A stretch of 64,000 nucleotides of DNA, from the NCBI GenBank assembly GCA_025062195.1, contig JANXAS010000011.1, positions 6,149 to 70,148 on the forward strand, read 5' to 3'. The position numbers and the translations under genes are program-made. The number at the start of each line of letters is the position of its first letter. Position 1 is the first letter of the stretch. Origin of the DNA: Armatimonadota bacterium (GTDB lineage: Bacteria; Armatimonadota; Fervidibacteria; Fervidibacterales; Thermosaccharophagaceae). Of the stretch, positions 36,509 to 46,561 are shown piece after piece. A model generated the notes under the pieces. It was not told the DNA's origin, made no database searches, and was given only the letters and a program-made list of their open reading frames with translations.

Positions 36509-37813
36509 TTGGCGCATCAAGGCGAGAAGGGTTTGCGTGGCAGGTTAAAGTTCGGGATTAAACTCGGCTTGGAACGCATAAAGAAGATGCTTGAGCTTGC
36601 TGGCAATCCGCAGGAACGCTTCAAAGCCATAATCGTTGGCGGAACAAATGGCAAAGGTTCTGTCAGCCATATGTTAGCGAAGGTGCTCTCGGAGAGCGGC
36701 TATAAGGTTGGGCTATACACATCACCGCACTTGGTGAGCTATAGGGAGAGGATACGAGTTGATGGCATGCCCATTTCAGAGCACGATTTTGAAAGGTTGG
36801 CAAACTGGGCTGAGGAGATTGCAAGGAGAGTTGAGCGGGATGAAGGCTTAGATGCTCCAACCGAGTTTGAGTTGCTCACTCTGATGGCGTGCCAGTATTT
36901 CTGCGACGAGTGTGTTGACATCTCGGTAATGGAAGTTGGGCTTGGTGGGAGATACGATGCCACCAATGCACTCTCACCCATGCTCTCAATCTTGACCATT
37001 GTATCGCTTGACCACACTGACAGGCTCGGGAGAACTCACTTGGAGATCGCCAATGACAAGATTGGTATAACTCGCCCAGATGTCCCATTGGTCACTGCGG
37101 AGCACAAGTTCGGTGTGCTTGAATTCATTCAATCCTATTGCTACCTTCATCGCATACCATTGCGAGTAGTCGGAAAGGATGTGCGTTGGAAAAAGCTGTG
37201 GGCTTCCTACGAGGGCATTTGCGGCGATTACAAGACATGGCGCTCTATATACCCCGAGCTGAAGTGTTCGCTTGGGGGAGATTTTCAGTTTTCAAATTTG
37301 GGGTGCGTTGTCGCTGCTGTTGAGTTGCTTAGGCAGATGGGTATGGGAATCACAGAAGAGCGTTTTCGAGTAGGTGTTGGGAATGTAAAATGCTACGGCA
37401 GACTTGATGTGCTTCATCGCAATCCGTTTGTAGTTGCTGATGGCGCTCATAACCCAGCAGCTGCTTCCTCTCTCAGCAGAGCACTCAGAACGCTATTTCC
37501 TTACAAGCGGCTTGGCTTAGTCATCGGCATAATGAGCGACAAAGATGTATACGGCATACTTGGTGCGCTTGCGCCGCTTGCCGATGTTATCTTTGCGACT
37601 CAGGCTCAAACTGAGAGGGCTTTTAAAGCGCACGAACTTGCCAGGGCAGCTTCAATGTGGGGCAAGCCGGTTCATGTGCATGATAGTGTCCAGAGAGCAT
37701 ATGAAGCTGCGAGGGAGTGGGCTGAGGATGAAGACATGGTTTGCGTCACCGGTTCCATCTATGTGATTGGTGAGCTGCCGGAGTATCAGCATTTGGCTCT
37801 CCAACCAATTTGA
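36509..37813 (+). CDS. folC: Folylpolyglutamate synthase / dihydrofolate synthase
   Basis: 434 aa. TTG start after GAGGTGA. VGGTNGKGS P-loop, MEVGLGGRYDATN and ADGAHNP blocks. Confidence 0.85.
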   Translation: MAHQGEKGLRGRLKFGIKLGLERIKKMLELAGNPQERFKAIIVGGTNGKGSVSHMLAKVLSESGYKVGLYTSPHLVSYRERIRVDGMPISEHDFERLANWAEEIARRVERDEGLDAPTEFELLTLMACQYFCDECVDISVMEVGLGGRYDATNALSPMLSILTIVSLDHTDRLGRTHLEIANDKIGITRPDVPLVTAEHKFGVLEFIQSYCYLHRIPLRVVGKDVRWKKLWASYEGICGDYKTWRSIYPELKCSLGGDFQFSNLGCVVAAVELLRQMGMGITEERFRVGVGNVKCYGRLDVLHRNPFVVADGAHNPAAASSLSRALRTLFPYKRLGLVIGIMSDKDVYGILGALAPLADVIFATQAQTERAFKAHELARAASMWGKPVHVHDSVQRAYEAAREWAEDEDMVCVTGSIYVIGELPEYQHLALQPI

Positions 37814-37840
37814 GCATCCCAGTGTATGGGAGTGGAGACG

Positions 37841-38674
37841 ATGAAGGTGGGCATAGTCGCATTTCCGAACGAGATTGAAAGCTACATAACGTGGGCTTGC
37901 ATTAACGGTTTTGAGCACATTGAGATTGACCTTTACAGCGAGCCGCAACGCTTGGAGAGATTCCACGGGTGGCGAATTAGGTGCCTACAAAATCTGCTGT
38001 GCCAGACCAATATGAGTGTAAGCCTTCATGCACCTTACACATTGAATTTAGCCGAACCTTTGCCATACCTTCGGACATGCGTCTTCAAATATGTTGAGAG
38101 GTTGATGTGGCTTGCCGATTCCATTGGTGCTCTTTGGGTGTGTGTTCACCCGGGGTATGCAATAGGCATCCCATCGCTTGTGCATTTGCGCGCTGAGGCA
38201 CTTGAGAGGTCATACGATAGCATTGAGCATCTGCTCAAGCTTTGCGAGCGCTACGGTGTAACGCTCGCCCTTGAGAATTTGAATCCAATTCCATTAGATG
38301 GCGAGCTTATCTTTCTCTGCGACAACCTCTTGGAGATGCAACGGACACTTGAAAGGTTCAACACGCCAAGGTTGCGCATGGTCCTTGATGCCGGGCATGC
38401 GAACACAGCTGAAGGTGTAGTTGAGTATGTTCATAAGCTTCATCAGTTCATCGTCGGGATACATGTGCACGATAATGATGGTGCGCATGATAGCCATAGC
38501 TTGCCGGGAGATGGCACTCTGCCATGGGACGAGTTCATCTCGGCTTTAAAGCTGGTTGGTTTTTCCGGCCCTCTAAATGTTGAGCTGTTTGATGACAAAC
38601 ACAAACTTGAGGCTAAAAGCTTCATTGAAAGGCTGCTGCAAAAGCATGGCATAAGGCGGGGTGAGGCAGCCTGA
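37841..38674 (+). CDS. Sugar phosphate isomerase/epimerase (AP-endonuclease-2/xylose-isomerase-like TIM barrel)
   Basis: LHAPY, CVHPG, LALENL, DAGHAN and HVHDNDG...H blocks. ATG 37841 follows GGGAGTGGAG. The ORF is open from ATG 37826. Confidence 0.75.
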   Translation: MKVGIVAFPNEIESYITWACINGFEHIEIDLYSEPQRLERFHGWRIRCLQNLLCQTNMSVSLHAPYTLNLAEPLPYLRTCVFKYVERLMWLADSIGALWVCVHPGYAIGIPSLVHLRAEALERSYDSIEHLLKLCERYGVTLALENLNPIPLDGELIFLCDNLLEMQRTLERFNTPRLRMVLDAGHANTAEGVVEYVHKLHQFIVGIHVHDNDGAHDSHSLPGDGTLPWDEFISALKLVGFSGPLNVELFDDKHKLEAKSFIERLLQKHGIRRGEAA

Positions 38675-38688
38675 GAGTAGCTGTTGCT

Positions 38689-40605
38689 TTGTCGGGGAAG
38701 CCTTGCGGTTACATTGGCGTGCCTGATATTGAGAGCGTTACAGTCTCCTTTGCGGCAAATGAGCTGTGCCGATACCTTGAAGCCATATGCGGCGGCAAAT
38801 TTGAGGTCCGCCCGATAGGCAATGCGATACAGCTGCCGGAGAATTGCATTATCTCCCTTCATCTCGCTCACACGCAACGCTCCTTTGATGAGGCTGTAAG
38901 ATCCAAAGATGCCTACTCGGTGGTTGTCAACGGTAAAGGGATAAAATTGAGCTCGCTCAGCGAGCGCAGCCTGCTCTATGCCGTCTATGAGCTGCTTGAG
39001 CTCATCGGATGTAGATGGGTGTTACCATTAAGGCTGCACGAATGCATACCAAGGCATGCTGACATCGTCCTTCCAACGCTTTCTTTGACCCGTGAACCAT
39101 CCTTTGAGGTGCGCGGCTTCGTTGAAGACCCAAAGCATGTCCCGTTTGGCGACGAACGAATGTTAGAGCTGCACATACAAGAGGTCACATCGTTGATTGA
39201 TTGGCTTGGGAAGATGCGCCTAAACAGTTTTCTGCCGCACCGTGTTGAACCGGATGATGTGCTTAACATCATCCTGCCGATGATGAAAGTTCGCGCAATT
39301 GAGCGCGAGGTTGGAGGGCACATCATTCCAAGCCTTTTACCAAGGGAGTTGTTTCACAGCCGTCCAGAGTTATTTCGGATGAACCCGGATGGTGAACGGA
39401 CTGCCGACGGCAATCTCTGCCCATCAAATGAGGATGCACTTTCCATCGTTGCATCAAACGCTGAAAGGCTTGTATCATCAACCTGTTCACCATTCCTTCA
39501 CCTTTGGGGCGAGGATTTGGTCAAAGGCGGATGGTGCAACTGCCCTGCCTGCTCACATATGACACCGCAGGAGCAATACCTGCGAGTTTGCGAGGCTGTC
39601 TCATCAAGGTTGCGCCTAAGCGGTTTAAAAGCCGATGTTGGCTACCTTGCATATCATGACACGCTTGAGCCAACATTTTGCGAGGTCGGCGAACCGATTT
39701 GGTTCGTTTACGCGCCAAGAGAAAGATGCTATGCCCATGCCATAAATGATAGGCGTTGTGAAATAAACAGGCGTTACTACAACGCCCTATGCATGCTTTG
39801 CGAGGCATTTGAAGGGCGCGGCTACATCTTTGAATACTACGGTGATGCTCTCCTATTTGGCTCACTCATGATGCCATTGACAAAGACTCTGAAGATGGAT
39901 TTGAAGGCTTATTTAGAGCTCGGATTGAAGCGTATAACCTGTCTCTCATTTGGCGGCTATAGTTGGTGGGCATATGGATTGAACCTGAATGCATTTGCCA
40001 GAATGGCATGGAGCGTAGACTGGTGTTGGCGTGCTGAGGATTACTTTGAATCGCTATATGGAAGCTATGGTGGAGCTATCGCTTCAATTTATGAGCGTGT
40101 TGAGTTGGCGCTATTGCCATTGGCTGAATATCATGATCTCATGCTCGCCCTTGTGAAGGACGCCGAGGACGCTTTAGGGAAGGTAAAGCGAATTGAACAT
40201 GCCATATCAGTTTTGAACGAGTGCCACAAAGAATCGTTGGCACTGTGGCAACAGATGCACAAGGACGGCGAAAGGTTTCTTGCAATGAGATGGCTATGTG
40301 ATATTGAGCTTATGCGCATAACGGTTTTACTGCTTATGCTTCTGCTGCACATGCTTGGGAGCAAAAGCAAAGCCGAGCACTCAACGAATGTCCTTGAAGG
40401 GGCAGCACAGGCTTCACCGCTGTTAGCCCGACAGCTGAAGCTTCATCCGGGAGCGATTGAGAGACTAACTCGCTCAGTGGCGGCAAAGCTTTCACCCAGT
40501 AACCGAAGTGTTCACAATCTCTTGCTCGGCACTTGGGGATGCATCGGCGCACCAAAGTATTTGAAGCGCATAGTTGAACGCATAAAGAGGCTTGAGCACC
40601 TGTGA
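38689..40605 (+). CDS. DUF4838-like protein (GH20/GH67-N-like beta-sandwich plus TIM-barrel-like region)
   Basis: 638 aa. N-terminal FAANELCRYLEAICGG...SLLYAVYELLELIGCRW and the Cys motif GGWCNCPACS resemble DUF4838 family members as I recall them. TTG start is uncertain. Confidence 0.5.
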   Translation: MSGKPCGYIGVPDIESVTVSFAANELCRYLEAICGGKFEVRPIGNAIQLPENCIISLHLAHTQRSFDEAVRSKDAYSVVVNGKGIKLSSLSERSLLYAVYELLELIGCRWVLPLRLHECIPRHADIVLPTLSLTREPSFEVRGFVEDPKHVPFGDERMLELHIQEVTSLIDWLGKMRLNSFLPHRVEPDDVLNIILPMMKVRAIEREVGGHIIPSLLPRELFHSRPELFRMNPDGERTADGNLCPSNEDALSIVASNAERLVSSTCSPFLHLWGEDLVKGGWCNCPACSHMTPQEQYLRVCEAVSSRLRLSGLKADVGYLAYHDTLEPTFCEVGEPIWFVYAPRERCYAHAINDRRCEINRRYYNALCMLCEAFEGRGYIFEYYGDALLFGSLMMPLTKTLKMDLKAYLELGLKRITCLSFGGYSWWAYGLNLNAFARMAWSVDWCWRAEDYFESLYGSYGGAIASIYERVELALLPLAEYHDLMLALVKDAEDALGKVKRIEHAISVLNECHKESLALWQQMHKDGERFLAMRWLCDIELMRITVLLLMLLLHMLGSKSKAEHSTNVLEGAAQASPLLARQLKLHPGAIERLTRSVAAKLSPSNRSVHNLLLGTWGCIGAPKYLKRIVERIKRLEHL

Positions 40606-40725
40606 GCGTTTGTGCTCACGAGGCTCATCAAACTCAACTTCTACTTCTGGGTCACCTGTAAAGCTTTTGCTGTTGTCATGCCATTTCAAAAATTCTCTAA
40701 GCAACATGACAGCCGTTTGAATCAC

Positions 40726-40804
40726 GACAAAAACTCCCACCATGTAGCATCGCCGCTTGTGGGCGACGGGATTTAAAGAATTTAAACGACCGTTGTGGAC
40801 AAGC
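40726..40804 (-). repeat. Dispersed repeat family Rep-2, copy c
   Basis: GACAAAAACTCCCACCATGTAGC...TCGCC/GGCGA hairpin...(17-nt insertion)...AAACGACCGTTGTGGACAAGC. Lies 121 nt after the DUF4838-like stop. Confidence 0.65.
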
Positions 40805-40978
40805 TGCGATGCCGCATGGGCTTGATGTCACCTTAATTTCTGAAAACGGAGTTAATGTGCGAGGACAGATAGGATGCCATTGCGAGTTGACATGGCGATG
40901 CAAATGAGGCAAGCTACTTTTTGCGGGTGAATTTTAAACTGTCGCATGTTGTAATTTGGCGAAGGTGATACAGCTGCT

Positions 40979-42397
40979 ATGTGGAACTATGTGGGAAAGT
41001 TTAACTTGAATGCTGGCTTAAAAAGGGTAGGCGTTGCAATTGCATTTTTAGTTTTGACCGGCATCTTGAAGCCTCAGGGCGCTGAAGGGGCAACAAAGGT
41101 TTATGTGCTTGACTTGAAGGATGTGGTCATAACTCAGGTGACCGTTGATGTCATCCGTGAAGCCCTTGAGAGGGCAAACTCCGAGCATGCCCAATGCCTT
41201 ATCATTCAACTCTCAACTAACGGTGGCATGGTTGAGGCAACTCAAGATATCATTGAGGAGCTTTTGAACGCCCCATTGCCAGTGGTAGTCTATGTTGCCC
41301 CGAGAGGTGCAAGAGCATTCTCTGCCGGGACTTTCGTGCTCATTGCGGGACATGTAGCTGCTATGGCGCCAGCAACTTCAACTGGTGCTGCGCACCCTGT
41401 CACAATACCGCTAACTCCGCCACCATCAAGCGAAGAAGAAGCCAAGAGACAAAAGGACGCCGAATCAATAATGCTTGATAAGCTTACCAATGCCTTGATG
41501 AGCACAGCGAAAGCAGTTGCTGAAGAGAGGAAACGGAAGTTTGAGTGGGCTGAACGGGTTATAAGAAACAGTGAGGCTCTAACAGCTAATGAGGCGCTAA
41601 AGATGGGTTTGATTGACATGATAGCCGAAGACTTGGGCGACCTGCTCTCAAAGCTTGACGGGCGCAAAGTGAAGGTGGGAAGGGGCGAAGTGAAACTCAG
41701 GACAAAAGATGCAAGGGTGGTATACATCCAGAGGACAACAAGACAGAAGTTCCTTGAGATATTGAGCCATCCAAACATCGCATACATCTTGCTGCTCGTT
41801 GCTACATTCTGTTTCCTGATAGAGATTTACAACCCCGGAGCGATAATTCCTGCGGTGATAGGTTCAATAGCTTTCCTTCTCTTCCTTTACTCGTCAACAC
41901 TTCTTCCGGTGAACTGGGTTGGTGTGCTGCTCATACTGCTCAGTATAGCCTTCTTTGTGGCTGAGCTGTTTGTTGTGAGCCATGGTGTGCTTACAGCCGG
42001 TGGATTGATATCGCTTGCCCTGGGCGGCTATATGCTCATTGATATGCGCAACCCACAGTTTTGGGGCATAGCGCTGAGGGTCTCTGTGCCAGTAATTATG
42101 GCTACAGTCACCATGTTCGGCGGTTTTATAACGCTTGTAATCTGGAAAGCCATTAGCGCTCATATGAGGAGGGTTGTTGTTGGTGCTGAGGGGATGGTTG
42201 GCAGGATTGCGATAGCCCAGACCGCACTTACACCGAGAGGGACAGTCCTAATGGATGGCTCGTTTTGGAATGCTGAGTCTGTGAATGGTCATGTTAGGGC
42301 AGGGGAGAGGGTTGAAGTTGTGGCAGTTGATGGATTGCTGCTTAAGGTCCGTCGTGTGAATGCCACAAACTCTTCAAGCCTTTCCAGCAACACTTGA
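40979..42397 (+). CDS. nfeD: NfeD-family membrane-bound ClpP-class serine protease (long form)
   Basis: 472 aa. Signal sequence, ClpP/S49-like domain (STNGGMV...YVAPRGARAFSAGTF), multiple TM helices and a C-terminal OB-like domain. Confidence 0.8.
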   Translation: MWNYVGKFNLNAGLKRVGVAIAFLVLTGILKPQGAEGATKVYVLDLKDVVITQVTVDVIREALERANSEHAQCLIIQLSTNGGMVEATQDIIEELLNAPLPVVVYVAPRGARAFSAGTFVLIAGHVAAMAPATSTGAAHPVTIPLTPPPSSEEEAKRQKDAESIMLDKLTNALMSTAKAVAEERKRKFEWAERVIRNSEALTANEALKMGLIDMIAEDLGDLLSKLDGRKVKVGRGEVKLRTKDARVVYIQRTTRQKFLEILSHPNIAYILLLVATFCFLIEIYNPGAIIPAVIGSIAFLLFLYSSTLLPVNWVGVLLILLSIAFFVAELFVVSHGVLTAGGLISLALGGYMLIDMRNPQFWGIALRVSVPVIMATVTMFGGFITLVIWKAISAHMRRVVVGAEGMVGRIAIAQTALTPRGTVLMDGSFWNAESVNGHVRAGERVEVVAVDGLLLKVRRVNATNSSSLSSNT

Positions 42398-42486
42398 GCT
42401 GTGCATAATTGAATTTGACGCCCTTCTGATTAAAGGCGGAGTTGCGGCGCAAAATTTAATCTCATTGGACTCCTTTGGGGGTGAAG

Positions 42487-43302
42487 ATGATGGAAGCGTT
42501 TGAGCGGTTGGTATTTCACATCATATTTGTGGCTGGTGTATTTATCATCGTTCTCCTCTCTCAGGCGATCAAGATCGTGCAAGAATGGGAGAGGGGAGTA
42601 ATACTCAGGTTGGGCAGATTCCAATCGGTTAAGGGACCTGGGCTGTTCCTCATCATACCGTTCATTGACAGGATGATCAAGATTGACCTTAGAGTTTTCG
42701 TTATGGATGTTCCAAAGCAGGATGTAATTACGAGGGACAATGTGCCTGTTAAGGTTAACGCCGTGGTTTACTTTCAAGTGCTTAATCCTGCGTGGGCTGT
42801 TACAAGGGTTGAAAACTATGTCGCTGCAACGCAACAGCTTTCACAGACAAGGCTGCGAAGTGTCCTCGGCGAAAGCGAGCTTGACGACTTACTGGCAAGG
42901 CGCGTTGAACTTAACAGGCGCTTACAACAAATCATTGATGAGCAAACTGACCCTTGGGGGATTAAGGTCATCGCCGTTGAAATAAAAGATGTTGAATTGC
43001 CCGCTGGAATGCAAAGGGCAATGGCAAGACAAGCAGAGGCGGAAAGGGAGAGAAGGGCAAAGGTAATCAATGCTCAAGGCGAATTGCAAGCTGCGGAACA
43101 GTTGGCTCAGGCTGCCGAAATAATGGGGCGTCATCCAAATGCACTTCAATTGCGTTACCTTCAGACGCTTTCCGAGATAGCCTCTGAAAAGGCTACAGTT
43201 GCAGTTGTGCCAGTCCCCATTGATCTGCTGACACCATTTTTGGCTTCCGCCGGTGAACGAATAATGCAAGCAAGGGGTATAGCCTCTCCATCATCGGACT
43301 AA
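42487..43302 (+). CDS. SPFH/band-7 (stomatin/slipin-like) protein
   Basis: N-terminal TM helix, then [16 protein letters not shown]...PFIDRM...[12 protein letters not shown] 42487/42490 lie behind GGGGGTGA. The ORF is open from TTG 42475. Confidence 0.85.
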   Translation: MMEAFERLVFHIIFVAGVFIIVLLSQAIKIVQEWERGVILRLGRFQSVKGPGLFLIIPFIDRMIKIDLRVFVMDVPKQDVITRDNVPVKVNAVVYFQVLNPAWAVTRVENYVAATQQLSQTRLRSVLGESELDDLLARRVELNRRLQQIIDEQTDPWGIKVIAVEIKDVELPAGMQRAMARQAEAERERRAKVINAQGELQAAEQLAQAAEIMGRHPNALQLRYLQTLSEIASEKATVAVVPVPIDLLTPFLASAGERIMQARGIASPSSD

Positions 43303-43357
43303 CTAATTTGGCTGTGGACAAAGGTTTATGATTGAGAGAAAGGTGATGGCATAATCC

Positions 43358-43747
43358 ATGTGGCGTTCACCCACAAGGAAAGCATTGCTGCGTGATATAC
43401 GAATTAGGCAATTGAGGGCTGAGTTAAAGCGCCGGTTAAAGTGGTTGGCAGTCTCAAGCTGGAGGGCACTTTTAAATTTCAACAGATGGCTATGGGGCAT
43501 GGTGGGCATAAAGGCACAGGACATATATGTTGCCACGCTTGTGAGCAAAAGGCATGACGAGCTCTATAAGATCGGGGAAAAGTGCTATGAGCTTTATCGC
43601 CGCGGGCATTTAGTGCACGATGAGTTGGTTGCACACTTGAAGCGAGTTGAGATGTTGGATTCCCAAATAGATGCATGGGAGATTGAGCGGAAAATATTGC
43701 TTCCAAGTGATGTGCAATTAGACAGCCATAATAGCAAGGGTGAGTGA
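43358..43747 (+). CDS. Hypothetical protein (basic N-terminus, helical)
   Basis: 129-aa ORF. ATG sits 11 nt after AAAGGTGA and 55 nt after the SPFH stop. No recognisable motif. Confidence 0.45.
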   Translation: MWRSPTRKALLRDIRIRQLRAELKRRLKWLAVSSWRALLNFNRWLWGMVGIKAQDIYVATLVSKRHDELYKIGEKCYELYRRGHLVHDELVAHLKRVEMLDSQIDAWEIERKILLPSDVQLDSHNSKGE

Positions 43748-43804
43748 ATTGAAATATTTAACCTTTCCAACTGTGCTTAAACGCCCTAAGGGAGGGAAAG
43801 GGAG

Positions 43805-44341
43805 ATGCCCGAAACGCAATCATTTGATTCATCATTCTCATCGTCTCGGGCAAGCTCAGACGAACTTGAGGAATTTCGCAGGCGCTTGATGACGCTGCTA
43901 TCGCCCTATCGTGGGAAAGTCGGCTTTGGAAACCTGCGTTATGAGGAGAGGGAATGGGGGGGAGATGACGGCAAAGTCACAAGCTTCGCTATAGTCTACG
44001 AAACTCCCGGTGGTTCAACCAATCAGATAACTGTAACTCATGGCGAGGACAAAGGGTTTGCGCTTTTAAACGGTGACCCGCCCGAGGAAACTTATTTCTC
44101 CTCTGTTGATGAGGTTTTGAAAGCCGTAGAGGAAGCAGTTAGACAGATACCACACCGGCGCATTGAAAAGCTGAAGGCAACAGTTAAGCAATGGGTGGAA
44201 AGCGGGAAATCGCTGCACGAGTTGCTGCAAGAGATAAACAGGCTCGTTAGGAGTGAGTTCAAGGGTGGCAGCATCACGCATCAAGAGTTGAAGATGGCAA
44301 TACAGTATTGCATCCAACTCTCTTCAGAGACGCGTGGATGA
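43805..44341 (+). CDS. Hypothetical protein
   Basis: 178-aa ORF. ATG directly follows AGGGAGGGAAAGGGAG. Ser-rich N-terminus. No recognisable motif. Confidence 0.5.
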   Translation: MPETQSFDSSFSSSRASSDELEEFRRRLMTLLSPYRGKVGFGNLRYEEREWGGDDGKVTSFAIVYETPGGSTNQITVTHGEDKGFALLNGDPPEETYFSSVDEVLKAVEEAVRQIPHRRIEKLKATVKQWVESGKSLHELLQEINRLVRSEFKGGSITHQELKMAIQYCIQLSSETRG

Positions 44342-44407
44342 AAAAAACTGTGAGCTGTCTCTCATCCATGGCTGTGTAATATTTCCCCATCAGAATGCTC
44401 AAACATT

Positions 44408-45136
44408 TTGGGCGAGGTTCATACGGCAATGGTTAGGTGCATCTTCATGCCCAACGGATGTCGGTGGGATGAGCAAAGGGAAAAGTATTTTGAAAGGTTG
44501 CGTGCCCACATGGTCCAGACACAGCTTCGTGCTCGTGGCATCAAAGATGAGCGTGTTTTAAAAGCTTTCATGGAAGTGCCCAGGCACAGATTTGTCCTCC
44601 CCGAGAATATAAAAGAAGCCCATGAGGATCATCCGCTGCCCATAGGGTTTGGTCAAACAATTTCACAACCTTTTATGGTCGCAACTATGACGGAGGCGCT
44701 AAGCCTTCGCGGCGATGAGAAGGCACTTGAAGTTGGCGCTGGTTCTGGATATCAAGCCGCTATACTTGGAAAGCTTTGCAAGGAGGTCTATGCGATTGAA
44801 CGCATACCGGAGCTTGCTGAGAGAGCTAAGAGAACAATTGAGGAACTCGGATATACAAATGTGCACATAGTCGTGGGTGATGGAACGCTCGGACTGCCGG
44901 AGCACGCGCCGTATGATGCAATTGTCGTTTCTGCAGCAGCTCCAGACATACCGCCCGCCTTAATTGAGCAACTATCCGATGGCGGGCGGCTCGTCATACC
45001 AGTTGGGTCACAATATTCACAGGTGCTCATTCGTGTAACGAAGTCCGGCGGAAGGATAAAGCGGGAGGAGATTTGCGCCTGTGTCTTTGTGCCACTTATA
45101 GGCAAATATGGATGGCAAGAGGATGTCGCGTGGTGA
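44408..45136 (+). CDS. pcm: Protein-L-isoaspartate O-methyltransferase
   Basis: GQTISQPFMVATMTEAL and LEVGAGSGYQAAIL SAM-binding blocks. The start is uncertain (TTG 44408, ATG 44429 or 44447). Confidence 0.85.
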   Translation: MGEVHTAMVRCIFMPNGCRWDEQREKYFERLRAHMVQTQLRARGIKDERVLKAFMEVPRHRFVLPENIKEAHEDHPLPIGFGQTISQPFMVATMTEALSLRGDEKALEVGAGSGYQAAILGKLCKEVYAIERIPELAERAKRTIEELGYTNVHIVVGDGTLGLPEHAPYDAIVVSAAAPDIPPALIEQLSDGGRLVIPVGSQYSQVLIRVTKSGGRIKREEICACVFVPLIGKYGWQEDVAW

Positions 45137-45502
45137 TGGTGAGCATATACCAAAAACGAAAATGAAAGCGGCTTGAAAGTTGCCCTCACATTTGGCTATG
45201 TAACTTTTTGAACAGTTGTTGGGCAAGCGGTAATGTTTCGTTGGGGTGGTTGAAAGCCCGCCATAAAATCACCCCAAAAACAAGTGACGCAAAACGGTGC
45301 GAATGATAAGAATTGATAAAAATGGCGAATCCGAGCTCTCTTTGCTGCAAGCCTTGCTTGTTAGGTTTGTATTTAGCCATGAAGCATAAGCGGAGGCGCG
45401 TTAAGTTGGTGCAAAGTGCAATGTTATCATTTTGCTTGCATTTTGCGCTCGCTTCGCGCTCCGCACTCACTTTGATGGCACTGCGCTTTTCTTCGTGCCT
45501 TA

Positions 45503-45536
45503 CTAAGAACCAACAAACTTTTGAGTAAAGAGTGAC
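45503..45536 (-). repeat. Dispersed repeat family Rep-1, copy 2 (partial)
   Basis: AACCAACAAACTTTTGAGTAAAGAGTGA is 25/28 identical to 32476-32503. A diverged continuation may reach about 45420. A GCTTTAGCC box lies at 45553-45561. Confidence 0.55.
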
Positions 45537-45706
45537 TCCGAGAGTATAAGGAGCTTTAGCCAAGAACAAAAGTTTTCGTGTCTTTAAACTTTCATGCTGA
45601 AGCTGCCGCCCAAATGCGTCGTTTAAATGTGAGTGGTGCTTGCGGCTTAACAGCCGCCGCTATATTCGCTGCGTAAGTTCAGTTTGGAAAACGCTTACCC
45701 GAGGGA

Positions 45707-46561
45707 TTGGCGATGATGAACAGGATGACTATCAAAAACGAGGTTGAGTTTTCGGGCATTGGCATACATACTGGAGAGCTCGTCAAAGTGAGGCTTGTTC
45801 CGGAGATGGAGCCGGTTAAGGAAGCCCCAACTGGCGTAATCTTCGTGAGGGAAGGTGTTGCCATACCGGCTCATATTACATTTGTATCATCCTCTCGGCG
45901 GTGTGTTGTGCTCTCAAACGGTGGTGTGAGCGTTGGCACTGTTGAGCACTTACTGGCAGCCCTATGGGCATTTGGGATCACGGATGTGCGCATTTATGTG
46001 GAAGGTCCAGAAATACCCATCGGTGAAGGCAATGCGATGCATTGGGTGAAATTGCTAAGTGAGGCTGGTGTGCGTGAGTTGCCTTACGAGAGGAGCTTAA
46101 TACGAATTAAAGAGCCAATTGAGGTGGGCGATGAGCAAAAGGGGATATATGCTATGGCTGAGCCGTGCGACAGGCTCTGTGTGCATTACACTTTCAAACA
46201 CGAGCGCCCATTCATTGGGACACAGAGCTTCTTCGGCTACGACCTAAGGGGGTTGTTTGTAAATGAGATTGCTCCAGCACGCACATTTGGGTTCATTGAG
46301 GAGGTTGAAGAACTCCGCAGGGCAGGGTTGGGCAAAGGTGGCTCATTGGATAATTGCTTGATCGTCTTTGCCGACGGTTACTCTGCGCCACTAAAGTTTG
46401 AGAACGAACTTGTAAGGCATAAGGTGCTTGACCTGTTGGGTGATACAGTGTTGCTTGGTAGGGAGCTAATAGCGCGAATTGAAGTTTGTATGGGTGGGCA
46501 TGATTTACATCTGCAACTGATGAAGCGCATATGGAAGAGGGTGATAAGGGATGAAGGGTGA
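45707..46561 (+). CDS. lpxC: UDP-3-O-acyl-N-acetylglucosamine deacetylase
   Basis: 284 aa. TVEHLLAAL, ARTFGF and HKVLDLLGD blocks. Confidence 0.9.
   Translation: MAMMNRMTIKNEVEFSGIGIHTGELVKVRLVPEMEPVKEAPTGVIFVREGVAIPAHITFVSSSRRCVVLSNGGVSVGTVEHLLAALWAFGITDVRIYVEGPEIPIGEGNAMHWVKLLSEAGVRELPYERSLIRIKEPIEVGDEQKGIYAMAEPCDRLCVHYTFKHERPFIGTQSFFGYDLRGLFVNEIAPARTFGFIEEVEELRRAGLGKGGSLDNCLIVFADGYSAPLKFENELVRHKVLDLLGDTVLLGRELIARIEVCMGGHDLHLQLMKRIWKRVIRDEG

Noticed and set aside
40492-40743. 83-aa minus-strand ORF beginning ATGGTGGGAG inside Rep-2 copy c.
   Set aside because: The ATG is part of the repeat core and other copies do not keep an ORF (copy b gives 9 codons). It also runs antisense into the DUF4838-like gene.
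45186-45569. 127-aa minus-strand ORF in the pcm-lpxC gap.
   Set aside because: It spans the Rep-1 repeat sequence, has no SD or motif, and has an odd composition.
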